Below, one piece after another: positions 1 to 14,734 of a DNA stretch of 64,000 nucleotides (the stretch's first letter is position 1; each line of letters begins with the position of its first letter). The position numbers were made by a program, and so were the translations under genes. A model generated the notes under the pieces. The model saw nothing but the letters and a program-made list of their open reading frames with translations, searched no databases and was not told where the DNA came from. Location: positions 13,950,001 to 14,014,000 of the forward strand of contig OX597834.1 in the NCBI GenBank assembly GCA_951406725.2, written 5' to 3'. This DNA is from Octopus vulgaris (Eukaryota).

Positions 1-32
1 TACATTTTCACACGCACACACACACATACACA

Positions 33-74
<42 letters not shown>

Positions 75-594
75 CATTATAAACATACATAAATGGCAGT
101 TCATTTTATGCAGGAACTTATTGACGAGATGTATAGCCTTCACAAGAGTTCTAAAAATGGTGTCATTTTTGCAGTTAAAGTTACGTTTAAACTATAGCAA
201 TTCGATAAACGTAAGGAATATGTGATCAGAAGTAGATCTCTCTCAAACCGTTGTTGTGATTGAAATAGAATTAGAATTAATTTCATGGTATTCAATGTTA
301 TGGAGATCACTGGTGACCAGATGAATAACGAATAGTGAATGGCTGAACAAAATAGATACATAAAGAAACAGAAGGTATGGCGGACGAGATAGGAAAATTG
401 AGAAAGAAGAGCGACACCTGGATAATTGCTGTTGTTCCGCGGGTTCTGGTCTATGTCATGTGCGCTCACTTAATTTACTGAAAACTAAGTTGTATATGGA
501 GTGATTCTTTGACCGGGCCAAAACTAAGCAAAATTGCATTTTGAGACAATCATGTCTGAAGTTGTAGCAACCACGATACACACACACGCACTTC

Positions 595-727
<133 letters not shown>

Positions 728-850
728 CAGCAAAATTTAGATTCAAATGAATATGGTTCTTAAGTTAGATTCACCAGAATTCTGTATGGTGTTATCCATA
801 TAAATCCATGGGGTGATTATAAGCAAAATAAGCAACAATAATAACCTTGG

Positions 851-942
851 TAATTTGGTACGATCGTTTCGCACTACATCATTTTATTAAATGTTGTAAG
901 TATTACAACAGTTTAAAAATGCTGAGCACTCATCAGTCATTA
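851..942 (-). ncRNA. Type I hammerhead ribozyme motif (CUGAUGA core, long stem II) in a PLE-like relic
   Basis: Minus strand reads taatga-CTGATGA-gtgc...tgttgtaa tac ttacaaca...gtgc-GAAA-C GATC G-TA-ccaaatta. Canonical core, palindromic stem III (ACGATCGT) and GUA site; stem I is degenerate. Confidence 0.6.
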
Positions 943-1313
943 ATAGAGGTTTTCCATTAATACATAATTTTCAAATCATATTTATATATATGTGTGTGTG
1001 TATGTATGTATGTATAGGTGCATGAGAGAATATTTAATAGATAATAATTAAAGAGGAATGTGGAATATTCACAAATAAGTAAATACGTTTGTGCGTATGT
1101 GTGCCTGTATGTATGTGTATCATAAACACGCCTATATTGATAAAATTAAAACTTTCATTAGAAATACCTGAATATGAGTATTGAAAGGCTGGGTATGATA
1201 TTCATATCTGAGGAAAAAATTACAATATATTTATGAAATAACATTTACTTAAAAACATAGAGGAAATTCATATCTTAATATTTAAGTTGAATCTTACAAA
1301 CATGATGTATGCC

Positions 1314-1328
1314 ATAATAATAATAATG

Positions 1329-1419
<91 letters not shown>

Positions 1420-1455
1420 CAACAACAATAACAACCACAACGACAACAACAACAA
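1314..1455. repeat. (TAA)n/(CAA)n microsatellite
   Basis: Direct reading; lies at the 3' side of a minus-strand R4/Dong relic. Confidence 0.95.
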
Positions 1456-1464
1456 TAAGAAGAA

Positions 1465-2105
1465 TAAATTATCTTTATCCACTCATTTTCAGTTTCATTC
1501 ATTTTCAAGTGCTTCTACAGTTCTCTATCTTTGCAGTCTTCCATCCTATACAAACCTGACGTACTTACTTCAAATAATACAGCTTCTGTGCATTATTTTA
1601 CATACTGTACTTTGCTGTTTTCTTCTGCTCTAATGTTGTGTTCGCATCCAATCTTCTCCTTCGTGTTCTTATTACATACAGTTTCTCCGTGTCACATTTT
1701 GGACGGCGTAACCCATATCTGGTCAGCATCTTTCTGTCTAGGCTATTTAGTTCGTCTACCGTCCATGCAATTACCACTGATCCATATCTAAGTAGTGAAA
1801 CCACTCAGGTATTGATAGCGTCAATCTTATTCCGTCCATTTAATTTTGACTTAAGTATCAGTCTCAGTCTCTGCAAGTACTCCACCTTAAATTTTCCTGT
1901 CATTTCTTTCTCCATCAATTTATCTATTTACAATATCCCACACTACTTATATCCGTCTCTTCTATCTGCTTAATAACCGTGTTTTCCGTTCTATCTGATT
2001 CATAATCTCGCCAGACGGTATCGCTAGCTCGTCCATACATTTGATTTTGCCGCTCTTCAAGACTAATACACCACACTTTTTCAGTTCGAACTCCATTCGG
2101 AGTGT
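1465..2105 (-). mobile_element. Decayed R4/Dong-clade non-LTR retrotransposon, RT C-terminal part
   Basis: Minus-strand translation with stops: MEFELKKCGVLVLKSGK...GYK*CGIL...EYLQRLRLILKSKLNGRNKIDAINT*VVSLLRYGSVVIAWTVDELNSLDRK...PKCDTEKLYV. This matches R4/Dong motifs (FGxxKC, YKYLG, LNGxNxIxAINT, HPKSDVDRLY). Confidence 0.8.
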
Positions 2106-4405
2106 GTAAAACAATTATGTAAAGCCCCAGTCCAGCATTGGAGTTGAAGTAATCGACTACCAAACACCTCTAAAATCGTTAGCTTTGTGCCAGAATCGTT
2201 AGAGAGACTGCTTGGAGGCTTTACTTGTGATGTATTACGTACCGGATTCAAATCCATCAGGACCAAATCTGCATTGCATGACATCGATAAAATAAGATGC
2301 AAATTAGTTACTGGAGTGTCCATTAACGATACTCTAGCTTTAAACTACTGATATTTTGCCAAAATTTTAAACACTTTTTATACTTCATATTCTTTTTGTT
2401 TTTGTTGTTATTCAATTGGCTTTCAGAAGCCTGAAGTATTTCAAGTGTTAATGGAAAAAACAATTATCGTTCTGCTTCTTTTTTGTATGTGTATTGTGAA
2501 TTTTTATAACTAGATATCTAGAAATCTCACTCAGGAGTGAGATAATACAAGGTAGGATTTTTTTTTCATTAATTTCGTTTCATCGCTGTGGAAATCGAAT
2601 TCGATACTGACCTTCTGTTACATGCAGAAGAAGCAGGAAAAAAGCTTCAAAGTTGGTTTTTGAAATAGAAAATATATTACTCCCCGCAACCGCACCCCGA
2701 ATAAGGAATGGGAAAAACATACACGAATAATTTAGAAATGCGGAATATTTCTCATTGCTGCAATAAAAAAAAATATGCAAAATAAGTAAATAAATAAATA
2801 TATAAGTAAAACAAGTTACTTCATGAAAACCAGTGACATTCCAAAACGAAAGCTTAATCGTAACAACAATATCAAAACATCACCACCAGTACCACCACCG
2901 CCAACAACAACAACAGTATCAGGAACAATATCAACGTCCTTATTTGAAAAATACATATAGATCATGGACGAAAGCTTGATGCCTGTATTTTTCATGTTTT
3001 CGCAACCGCTGACATTTTCTTTATACAATAAACCTGGATATGAATCGCTTCACTATTAGAAAAAAATATCGTCTGTTACAAGTTTCTTGCTCCAATGGAT
3101 GTTACGAGCAACGATTACGTAATATATTTGTTACGACAATCTAAGGTCATATAATGTCCAAAGCAGATTTGGAGGAAGCACTCGTATGCAATACCATTGC
3201 TTGTGCAAATGTATGATTTGTTTTCCAGAACGAGAAACTGGTGAAGGAGAAAACTGGTCGTTTATTGGAATTCCTGATTCTAAACCAGTCGTACTATATT
3301 TCGGGCAGAGGTTATCGAACAAGATGTTGCTGTCGGCTCTTGTCTTCGTTGGTGGTGGATGACCAAGGCCGAACAGATATTCATTGACTTACGTTGAAGT
3401 CAGTGTTATCAGAAATAGAAATGTTGTCACTATCCCCAAGTGTAATTCTAGAATTGTGCACTGAAGTAGGCACTGATAAAATATTGATTGAATGATTATG
3501 TCATAAAGACCAGCGCTAAATTAACAACTAATTTCTTCAATGGCTTTTCTAGGAAAGCTTAACGGATGAAAAGTGAGTTGGCTGGACTTCAGTCATCCCC
3601 ATGCTCACAAGAGGGAACATATATAATTCCTTGTTCTCCTCTACAGTAGATGACAATAGAGTCTGTCATGAATACCATTACACGGCGCGAAATAGGATAG
3701 TCACAATGAGGAATATATATGACAGATAAGTGTGACAAAATACAGTAGAAATAGAGCGAGATCTAGAGAAATGCTATTGGATATACAAATTTTACATATT
3801 AAACACATTCCTGGAAGCTGTAGGGATACCGTATTTCGTTCTGCAACCATAATATACTATAAATTATATTAAACGGATTTATAAGACAACACTTCGTTCC
3901 ACTCTGTGTTAGCAGTGATATCACGTTACTTGTCGCTGATGTAATATTTTCACACTGCGCGAAAGATCATTAAAAGCGCAGTCAAAGCGTCACACTTTAT
4001 GATTCTATAAACCGACCGAAGTTAAAGCATACACCAGAGTATGAGGTTACGAAAGGAGATAGGCGTGAAATTATCACTTTGTGTTCCGCATCGTGCACAC
4101 GGTTATGACGATCAAGCAGGCAGTATTTGAGACGCATTTTCTTTCAACCCTTTCTCCCCACTCTCCCTCTTCTCACTCCATTCTTCTCACTCCATCCTTC
4201 TCACTCGATCTTCCTCTCTCAATTTCTCTTTCTGTCTCTCGCTGGATAAAATCCATGAACATATTTCTAAAGCACATAAAATGACTCTATCCTATGAGTC
4301 AAACACAGGTCAGTTTTCTCCGTTCGTGCACCTGAACAGACTTTTCTTTTCAAGAGAAAACATTTTTCTGGAGAATTTTCCCCAAAATTTTCCGACATTT
4401 GTTTT

Positions 4406-5331
4406 TACTCTTTTTTACTCTTTTTCTTTTACTTGTTTCACTCATTTGACTGCGGCCATGCTGGAGCACCGCTTTTAGTCGAGCAAACCGACCCCGGAAC
4501 TTATTCTTTGCGAACCCAGTACTTATTCTATCGGTGTCTTTTGCCGAACCGCTAGGTGACGGGGACGTAAACACACCAGATCGGTTGTCAAGCAATGCTG
4601 GGGGACAAACACACACACACATACACATATTCTTTGTGAGCCCAGTACTTATTCTATCGGTCTCTTTTGCCGAACCGCTAGGTGACGGCGACGTAAACAC
4701 ACCAGCATCGGTTGTCAAGCAATGCTGGGGGACAAACACACACACATACACATATTCTTTGTGAGCCCAGTACTTATTCTATCGGTCTCTTTTGCCGAAC
4801 CGCTAGGTGACGGGGACGTAAACACACCAGCATCGGTTGTCAAGCAATGCTGGGGGACAAACACACACACACATACACATATTCTTTGTGAACCCAGTAC
4901 TTATTCTATCGGTCTCTTTTGCCGAACCGCTAGGTGACGGGGACGTAAACACACCAGCATCGGTTGTCAAGCAATGCTGGGGGACAAACACACACACATA
5001 CACATATTCTTTGTGAGCCCAGTACTTATTCTATCGGTCTCTTTTGCCGAACCGCTAAGTGACGGCGACGTAAACACACCAGCATCGGTTGTCAAGCAAT
5101 GCTAGGGGGACAAACACACACACACAAACACATACACACACACACTTATATATATATATACATATATATGACATGCTTCTTCCAGTTTCCGTCTACCAAA
5201 TCCCCTCACAAGGCATTGGTCGGCCCGGAGCTATAGCAGAAGACACTTGCCCAAGATGCCACGCAGTGGGACTGAACCCGGAACCATGTGGTTGGTTAGC
5301 AAGCTACTTACCACACAGCCACTCCTGCGCC
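4406..5331 (-). mobile_element. CORE-type tRNA-derived SINE (family A) with internal tandem amplification
   Basis: Minus-strand head ggcgcaggagtggctgtgtggtaag (A box), ggttcagtccc (B box), CORE-like cttgggcaagtgtcttc, internal (TA)n(TG)n and (AAAGAGT)-like tail; five ~125-bp tandem units at 4502-5125. Confidence 0.9.
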
Positions 5332-6152
5332 TATCAAATGTTCAGTATCAATTTTTTCAATTTTAGCGACAGTTGTCGAAAACACTGCCTCTTATTACAC
5401 ATATTTCCCTCGTAAAGCGCTAACAAATTTCCGTGTCTTTCGATTTTAATTTTGTTGTTATCGCTTCTGTCAAGTGACGTTCTAACACCAATTGAACCGT
5501 TATAATATTTTGGACGGAAATATTCAAAGTTGTCCGCTGCTAAATGATGAGTTTACCTCTGCAAATCATTCACGTACTTAATATTCTGCTTCCTGTCAGC
5601 AACACCTTCTAAGCGTGTATGTATTTTTTGTGAATATTTACGCGTTTACTTGTCGCAACTGCGGTTAAAATTAACAAAAATTAGTTTTAAAAAATTTAAT
5701 AAATATCTTCTTGGGCGAAAATCAATTAAATTGCTTTAACTTGCAAAGGGAAAAAAAGGGTATATGACAAGGCAAGTAAAAATAGCGCGTAGTTTTTGAA
5801 GAAGTTGTTAATATCCAGCTTGGTGAAGATGGCCCACGCAAATTACGAAGTCTTCCCAAAATATTATTATCCAATTCTTCATAACATTTCTTCTTTTGTG
5901 TTTATGCTTTTACAAATGTCATAGTAATAGAAAATATGAAGTAAACCTTGCTCTCACTGAAAACTCGCGCGTGAAACGCTTATTCGATTCGTGTCAATGT
6001 ATTTAAAAAAAAAAAACGTGTCATTGGAGAGAGAATGATGGAGAGAAAGATGAAATGGCCGCTACTCATAACGCGTTGAGTTAATGAGAAAACACTGCAG
6101 CGAGAGAAGCGCCACCATCACTGATGTCGCCAATAATAATATAAATGAAAAT

Positions 6153-6510
6153 AGAAGAAGAAGAAGAAGAAGAAGAAGAAGAAAGGGGGGAGGAGAAGAA
6201 GAAGATAAAGAAGGAGGGGGAGAAGATGAAGAAGAAAAAGACAAAGAAGGAGGAGAAGAAGAAGAAGAAGGAGGAGGAGGAGGAGGAGGAGGAGGAGGAG
6301 GAGGAGAAGAAGATGAAGAAGTAGAAGACAAAGAAGGAGGAAGAGGAGGGGAGGAGAAGAGGAGATGAAGGAGAAGAAGAGAAAGAAGGAGGAGGTGGGG
6401 GAGGAGAGGAGAGGAGTGGAAGAAGAAGAACAACAACAACAAAAAACAACAAGGGGAAGAAGAAGGAGGAGGAGAAGGACAAGAAGAAGAAGAAGAAGAA
6501 GAAGAAGAAG
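6153..6510. repeat. (GAA)n/(GGA)n polypurine low-complexity tract
   Basis: Direct reading; explains the poly-S/L/F/E ORFs. Confidence 0.95.
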
Positions 6511-6565
6511 AGCGACTACAACAATTTCTATTAGGATACTTATTATCGCTGTTGTTGTTAATTGA

Positions 6566-6790
6566 TACTCTTTCACTCATTTCAGTCATTTGACTGCGGC
6601 CATGCTGGAACACCGCCTTTAGTCGAGCAAATCGACCCCAGCACTTATTCTTTGTAAGCCTAGTACTTATTCTATCGGTCTCGTTTGCCGAAACGCTAAG
6701 TTACAGGGACATAAACACACCAGCATCGGTTGTCAAGCGATGATGGTGTACAAACAGACACACAAACATACACACACACACACACATATA

Positions 6791-6874
<84 letters not shown>

Positions 6875-7053
6875 CATACATACATATATACGACGTGTTT
6901 CTTTCTGTTTCCGTCTACTAAATCCACTCACAAGGCTTTGGTCGGCCCGAGGCTATAGAAGAAGACACTTGCCCAACGTGCCATGCAGTGGGATTGACCC
7001 TGGAACCATGTGGTTCGTAAGCAAGCTGCTTGCCACACAGCCACTCCTGCGCC
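6566..7053 (-). mobile_element. CORE-type SINE family A, full length
   Basis: Colinear with the copies at 21446 and 48770; internal (CA)n(TA)n tract. Confidence 0.9.
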
Positions 7054-7114
7054 TATATGATGTTCATTTTCATTGGTTATATTTTTATCACGTGCTGTCA
7101 CTGCACAACTGGAT

Positions 7115-7830
7115 GCAGCTCTGTGTGCCTCGAGCATGAGCTATGGTTTTGTTACTGTTTTTTTTGTTTATAGTAATAACGAAGGATTTGTGGTGCGATA
7201 TTTTCCGTAAGTTATAATATATATTTGTAAATCTTTAAGGTTTAATTATGTATTTGAATATTTATTTATTTCAGTTTTCAGGCTCCATGTTCGAGTTATC
7301 TCCATTTCTAGATCTTTGAGTTTCTTATATTTTTCTAGCAATAAATTGGCATATGTGGGGACTCATATCTCGATTAGAAGGCATTTCTTGTTGGTGACTC
7401 TGACTAGAATATCTGGACCATGAGTCTTCACCTCGCTATTTGTGTGTGTTGGTATTTCTCAGATGACGGTTACTTCGTTATTTTCTGATGTTTACAGAGA
7501 CATACGTGTACCATATTATGATTGTAATTCCACAGCTTCCATTGTATATAGGTCCCAATTCCCTCGTGTCTGTAGATATATTCCATCTCAGTCATGACCG
7601 AGCAGCTAGAAATAATATGTTTAATTGTTTTTATTCCCCATCGCCGTATATTCTGCAGTTACTCATTGTATTTTCTTCATCGTGTGATTTTCGTGGCTAG
7701 TGGCGAGTGAGGCTTTTATGCCGCAGATAAGACTCTTCGGTCTCTGCTTTGAGTCACAATTTTCTTAAACATTGGTCATATTTCATTTTCTCTAGCTCTT
7801 TTTTTTTCTAACTTACCCCAGTATTTTCCA
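7115..7830 (-). mobile_element. Decayed R4/Dong LINE 3' part (zinc knuckle and restriction-like endonuclease)
   Basis: Minus strand: CRIYGDGE..TIKHIISSCSVMTEMEYIYRHEGIGTYIQWKLW...EVKTHGPDILVRVTNKKCLLIEI*VP...KDLEMEITRTWSLKTE (CCHC, RHD-like, PD..D, KYxDL motifs). Its 3' UTR motif ctctgtgtgcct is shared with 54232. Confidence 0.8.
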
Positions 7831-7860
7831 TGAGTGGGTTAGTAAAGGTACTAAAGATAT

Positions 7861-8035
7861 GTTAGTTAGTTAGTTAATTTTTTGGCTCAAAAAGCAAAAA
7901 GCAAGGCCATATAGGGGGGACATGAAGTTATGTACAGGGTGGTGTTCATATAAAGAGTTCAGGCCACTTGTGGCCAAGGGAGACTTTGAACCGATCGGTC
8001 GTCTGCATCTTCACTATCTCGTCCGGCTTTCTTGT
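7861..8035 (-). mobile_element. CR1-type LINE 3' end with (TAAC)n tail
   Basis: Minus strand ...PDEIVKMQTTDRFKVSLGHKWPELFI* (WNxLP..V...FK..LD-like ORF2 end), short UTR, then (TAAC)n. Confidence 0.6.
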
Positions 8036-8641
8036 ATTGCATATAAAGTCTCCACGCACACATATATTGCATACTCACAGCATAGACAGAGAAAATTAAG
8101 CAATAATATCCAACCATATGCTGCGAGAAGTAGTATTATATTTGCTTTGAAATTTACTGCCACTTTTCAGTTTTATTAGAGTCAGCGTAATTTTTGATTT
8201 GACCGTGAATAAAACACTTCCTACTTCTAAAACGTGTGAAAAGTTGCGTTGCAGATTTATTCGTTTTACTCTGTTTTGTAATGCTACACTAAATTTCTCT
8301 ACAGTTTTCATGTAGGAGGCATTTCTTTGGCTTCATGCATTTGCAAATGGAGATGAAGCAAAACAAAGCTGAAAATGCTAATGAAAAAAAAATTTTTTTT
8401 TTGGTTTGAAAAAACTAATTTTCGAAAATGGCTGAAATCAAATTGCCTTGTAAAATATATTCCCATAATAACTCAAACAAATAAAATTTAATCCGATTCG
8501 TTAACGAAAAAGAAATTCTTTGGCAAGTTATCCAAAAGATTTAAGCGAGAGTAAAAAATAAATATATTTTACGGTGATTACAAATATCAACAACACCAAA
8601 AACAACTAACCAAAATTCAAGAAACAACGATGAGAAAATAT

Positions 8642-9077
<436 letters not shown>

Positions 9078-9389
9078 TAACAACAAAATTAACAATAATA
9101 ACAACGTTTCAAAATACAACTTAGCTGTGTTATTTATTAATAATCCTACCCACCGTCTTAAAAATTAAATAAGGATCGGATATTTCCCTTACTTCTTAGT
9201 ATAGGTTTGCTCATTCAGAGTATACATTGGAATACATAAGAGCTACTAAAATATCAGCAAAACTCTAGTTTATCAGATTCATATTAATGCTGTACAGTAG
9301 AATCTGTAAGTTTGCTATGTCTTATAAGGGACGCACAGAGTCTAAAATACTGATATTGCCGTGAATATTATGCATTAAATATATTTTCT

Positions 9390-10018
9390 TATTTCTTTAT
9401 TGCCCACAGGGCGATAAATATAGAGGGGACAAACAAGGTATTAAGTCGAGCTGACAGAAACTTTAGCGCACCATCCGGAATGCTTATTTCGTCTGTCGCA
9501 ACGTTCTAAGTTCAAATTCCGCCGAGGTCGACTTTGCCTTTCATCGTTTCGGGGTCAATAAATTAAGTACCAGTTACTCACTGGGGTCGATGTAATCGAC
9601 TTAATACCTATGTCTGTCCTTGTTTGTCCCCTCTGTGTTTAGCCCCTTGTGGGCAATAATGAAATAGGTATTAAGTCGATTACATCGATCCCAGTGAGTA
9701 TCTGGTACCTATTTAATCGAACACGAAAGGATGAAAGGTAAAGTCGACCTCGGTAGAATGTGAGCTTAGAACGTAACGGCAGACGAAATACATATTTCTT
9801 TGCTACCCACAAGGGGCTACACACAGAGGGGACAAACAAGGACAAATACACGGATTAAATCGATTATATCGACCCTAGTGCGTAACTGGTAATTTTTTAA
9901 TCGGCCCCGAAAGGATGAAAGGCAAAGTCGACCTTGGCGGAATTTGAACTCAGAACGTAACGGCAGACGAAATACGGCTACGTATTTCGCCCGGCGTGCT
10001 AACGTTTCTGCCAGCTCG
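9390..10018. mobile_element. Cluster of tRNA-derived SINE family B copies in both orientations
   Basis: Family B: gagctggcagaaacgttagc...gagttcaaattcc (B box)...gtcgactttgcctttcatcctttcggggtcgataaattaagtaccag, resembling the Nin/Deu-type conserved SINE domain. Plus copy ~9450-9667, minus copies 9665-10018. Confidence 0.85.
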
Positions 10019-10165
10019 CAAACTATTCAATATATTTTCTTGCTGCTGTAAACACCGAAGTTGAAAGATAATGTATATAATTACACTGACTTACACACAA
10101 TAAAATTAGTCGTACATTACTACTACAAGGCATAGTATTTCGTCAGATTATTTATGCGTATATTA

Positions 10166-10375
10166 AGGCAGCGAACTGGCAGAATCGTCAACATGCCGGG
10201 CAAAATATGTTAGCCATGATTCATCCGTCCTCACGTTCTGAGTTCAATTTCCCCCGAAGGCGGCTTTCCTTTTCATGGTCGAAATAAATAATTACCACTG
10301 AAACGCTGAGGTTGATATAATGAGGCTAATACCTCCCGCCCAAAAATTGCTGGCCTTGTATCAAAATCTGAAACT
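10166..10375 (+). mobile_element. SINE family B, diverged
   Basis: ggcagcgaactggcagaatcgtc...gttctgagttcaatt...ttttcatggtcga. Confidence 0.7.
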
Positions 10376-10879
10376 GTTATTTATGTGGACATTAAACGTA
10401 ATTTTCGATTTATCTATATCTACACTCGCTCGGACATTGGTGTCTCGGACAAAATATTTCCTGGTAGTCAAGTACCGATTCTTATTTCCTGAGTTCTAAT
10501 GATGTCGGTGAATTATCGTCCTCAAACGTATATAATAAAGGGCAAATAATATTCAGTAACGGCTGGCTATTATATACACACATGCGCGTGCGCTGACTGA
10601 CAGACATATAGATAGATAGTGACATAAATAGATAGATATAATTATAATTTGGGTTCAGCAAAATTTGCTTCACTACATACCGAAATTTAGAAACAGCAGT
10701 TAAACTACTATTTTACTACCATAAGAAGATAGTATAAATAGATAGATAGAAACATTCATATACATACATATATGTTGAGATAAATACATCTGCATACATA
10801 AGTATGTAGGTAGGTAGACAAATAGAGAGATAGATAAATAGATATATAGATATATAGAAAGACAGATATGTAGGTAGGT

Positions 10880-10960
10880 AAGTAGGTAGGTAGGTAGGTA
10901 GATAGATAGGTAGATAGATATGTAGATAGACAGGTAGATAGATAGATAGATAGATAGATA

Positions 10961-10996
<36 letters not shown>

Positions 10997-11107
10997 TACG
11001 CAGTCGTCATAGGAGAGGAGGAAAAAATATCTTCATAGAAGAGGAGAAGAGGAAACAAATAGAGAGATATAGATACAGACAGAGAGACAGGTAGATAGAT
11101 AGATAGG

Positions 11108-11173
<66 letters not shown>
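10880..11173. repeat. (GATA)n/(GATT)n/(GGTA)n tetranucleotide tracts
   Basis: Direct reading. Confidence 0.9.
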
Positions 11174-11175
<2 letters not shown>

Positions 11176-11470
11176 ATCATTGATTGATTTACGTAGTCTT
11201 CATAGGAGAAGAGGAAACAATACCTGTTCTAATACGTTTATTTAATTCTCTCTTTTTTATGTGATGAGGCAGGCAGAGGGTGCACATGTAGAAGATTACA
11301 TACGCGACAATGTTCATTATATCCAAGATGAAGAGAGAAAAGATGTTAGATGCCGGTAAGATATAAACACCAAAGAAAAAAGAGAACGCAATTGAACTAT
11401 TTGACCGCCATTTTATTACTGCTGCCATACAGTCATTTGGTATATATTATAGATAGATAGTCATTTGGTC

Positions 11471-11619
<149 letters not shown>

Positions 11620-11729
11620 AAACAGATATAAGAAATAATGTTCACTCGGTGAAACTTGAACTTCTAAAGTACTTTGGCAGAAGTAACAAAGATATTATTC
11701 ATGCTAAAATATCGATGAATTCTCACGCA

Positions 11730-11796
<67 letters not shown>

Positions 11797-11887
11797 CGTT
11801 TGTGTATGTGTGTGTACACACATATATGTACATAAATGTGTATATATAACTACATGCGCTTCTGTATATGTAGTCATATTTATATTC

Positions 11888-11991
<104 letters not shown>

Positions 11992-12843
11992 GTTTTTATT
12001 TCGCATATATAACGCATATATATTTCATGTTATGTTTGGTCAATCCTAAAGAGAAAAACAAGGTGTGATAAGATTTCAATGAAATAATCTCATACATTTC
12101 TCCTCCGTATATTTCTTATCACCTTTGATTTCTTACTTGTTCCTGATTCGTTTATAAACTATTCAACTACATAAAAAGAGATTTTCTTTCTTTTTTTTCT
12201 TTCCCGTTTCTTTCTTCTTTTTTTTTTTTTTTGCTGTTATTTTGCTAAGTATATATATATTTCTTTTTTCATATATTTTTCTTTTTCATTATTTGCGCAA
12301 TGCAGCTTTGTATTGAAATATCTTTCATCCTCTTCCGTTATTTTTTTTTATAACTTTTTTTCTTTTTACTGATTAATTGTGCGCAAAATTGTTAGTAAAG
12401 ATAAACGGGATGGAGATGGTAGGGAAATATCTTGGCAAATTCATTAATAAAAGCAGTGCAAAATGTAATATTTGCTGGTTTAATATGTCGTAGCTACAAA
12501 GTAACACAAAGTGTGTCCGATGATTAAAAGTGCATTTTGCCTGGAATATATATATATATATATATACATACAATTGCTTATTTTGTGCAAGAAGATATAA
12601 CTGTATGCCCATATGTGGAGATAGAAATTCAAACATAGGTGTTAATATATATCTACATGCACAGCCACACATCCTCATAATTATATATCTATTTATGCAT
12701 GTATGTATATATATAAATGTGTGTGTTTGTGTGTGTATAGCTGTATATATTTGATAGTGTGTATTTGTATCTAACTATATTTATGTATATGAAGAGGCAT
12801 ATTGCGTATTTACATAAGTTGTACATACATCTCTCTCTTTCTT

Positions 12844-12874
<31 letters not shown>

Positions 12875-13540
12875 ATATATATGTATGTATATACATATAT
12901 ACACATATATATACATCTATGTACATATATATATATACATATTTATACATATATGTAAATGATTATATATATGTATATATAAATATGTATATATATATAT
13001 ATATGAGTATATATATATATATACTCACACGCACACTAGCACACAAACATAAACACACACGCACAAATATATATCTATGTATCCGTTCTATCTCTCACTC
13101 TCTGAATGTCTGTATGAATTTGGGTGTGTGCATGCATATTTTGCGGTGGGTATATATTAGTGTGTGTATAGAATTGCGTGTGTATATGTGTTTCTCTATG
13201 GGTGTGTGTGCAGGGATGGGTGTGTGTGCAGGGATGGGTGTGTTTACATTATTCCCCACATCTAATCTTATTATCATTACAGTAATTCATAGCCGCAGGT
13301 GAAACAATTTTCCGTTACATCTCCAAAAGAAGGTGACGGACATTCCAGTATTAATTTAGGTGGAGATAATTTGTGTTATTATAGTTTCCCTGCATATTTA
13401 TTTAGTTACCACATACATAAAACTTTTTCTTGCTTAATAACATTTACAAGTTAATTTGTGCAGGTTATTCCATTGCGTGCTACTACATAAATGTATAAGT
13501 ATGTATATGTATGCGTGCGGTTAATGCGCCTATATGGATG

Positions 13541-13658
<118 letters not shown>

Positions 13659-13676
13659 TATATAATATATACATAT

Positions 13677-13750
<74 letters not shown>

Positions 13751-13913
13751 GTATGTATGTAAGGAGACAAGAAATTGGAGATGTTTAGGTATGATTTTTT
13801 AACCATTACAGGTGTTTCATTTGCTGATAGGAATGACAAAATTTTGCATAAATGATAGATGTGTAAGGAACTTTCTATTAAGAATCTGTCAAGCAGAAGA
13901 ATTAAAGGATATT

Positions 13914-14098
<185 letters not shown>

Positions 14099-14104
14099 CA
14101 TATA

Positions 14105-14460
14105 TATAGTTCCAATTTACAGAAAACTAGAAACGAGGACAGGTGTAAGAAAAAGGAGCAGATGATTTAATTTGAAGCTTGGGAAGAATTAAAAAATTTT
14201 GTTAGGCATCGAACTTAAGTTCTTCACTAGAAAGGATTCAGAAGAAAAACAACAGAGTGAGATTGAAGCAAATGGAAAGAGAAAAAGATGAGTTCTAATT
14301 TACAGAAACCAAAAGATGAAAACAGGTGCAGGAACATAAGACATGCGTAGTAGTTTAACGCTGGGGATGAATGAAAAAAGGCATTTACGCTCGAGTTTTT
14401 GCACTTCGACATAAAAGGAGAAGGAATGAAAAAGACGGAGAAAGAAAACAAAAGTGAGTG
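14105..14460 (-). mobile_element. Two old tandem copies of the PLE-like repeat seen at 26270, 43310 and 44848
   Basis: ttacagaaa..caaaagatgaaaacaggtg...tttacgctcgag..gcacttcgaca aligns by eye with aaacaaaagacgaaggcaggtg...tttacgtttcgagcctacgctcttcgaca at 26290-26398. Confidence 0.5.
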
Positions 14461-14734
14461 CATCCCAAATTAATAGATTAATAGCGGATTGTCTCATATT
14501 ATTTTTGTTGCTGTTGTTATTATTATTATTACTATTACTATTATTTTTATAGGTAGAAGTAATGGCATTATTACTTTTAGTTTTTGTAGCCTTTAGGAAT
14601 TTTTAGGATTTAGTTTTCTTAGTTCGTAATTTGATGTTAAGTTTAATTCTTAATCCTTTAAATCGTATCAATTAATTGCTATTAAGCTTGAAATATATCT
14701 TTAAATATCTATTCTGACCAGGAAACTATTGTCC

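Noticed and set aside
3131-3475. Non-repetitive stretch with possible splice sites (minus-strand ag...gtaagt around 3392-3472)
   Set aside because: Open frames are short, with no recognisable protein motif and no partner exons.
4502-5125. Regularly spaced repeats as a CRISPR array (also 17300-18167 and 56075-56780)
   Set aside because: No unique spacers; the units are SINE fragments or minisatellites in eukaryotic DNA.
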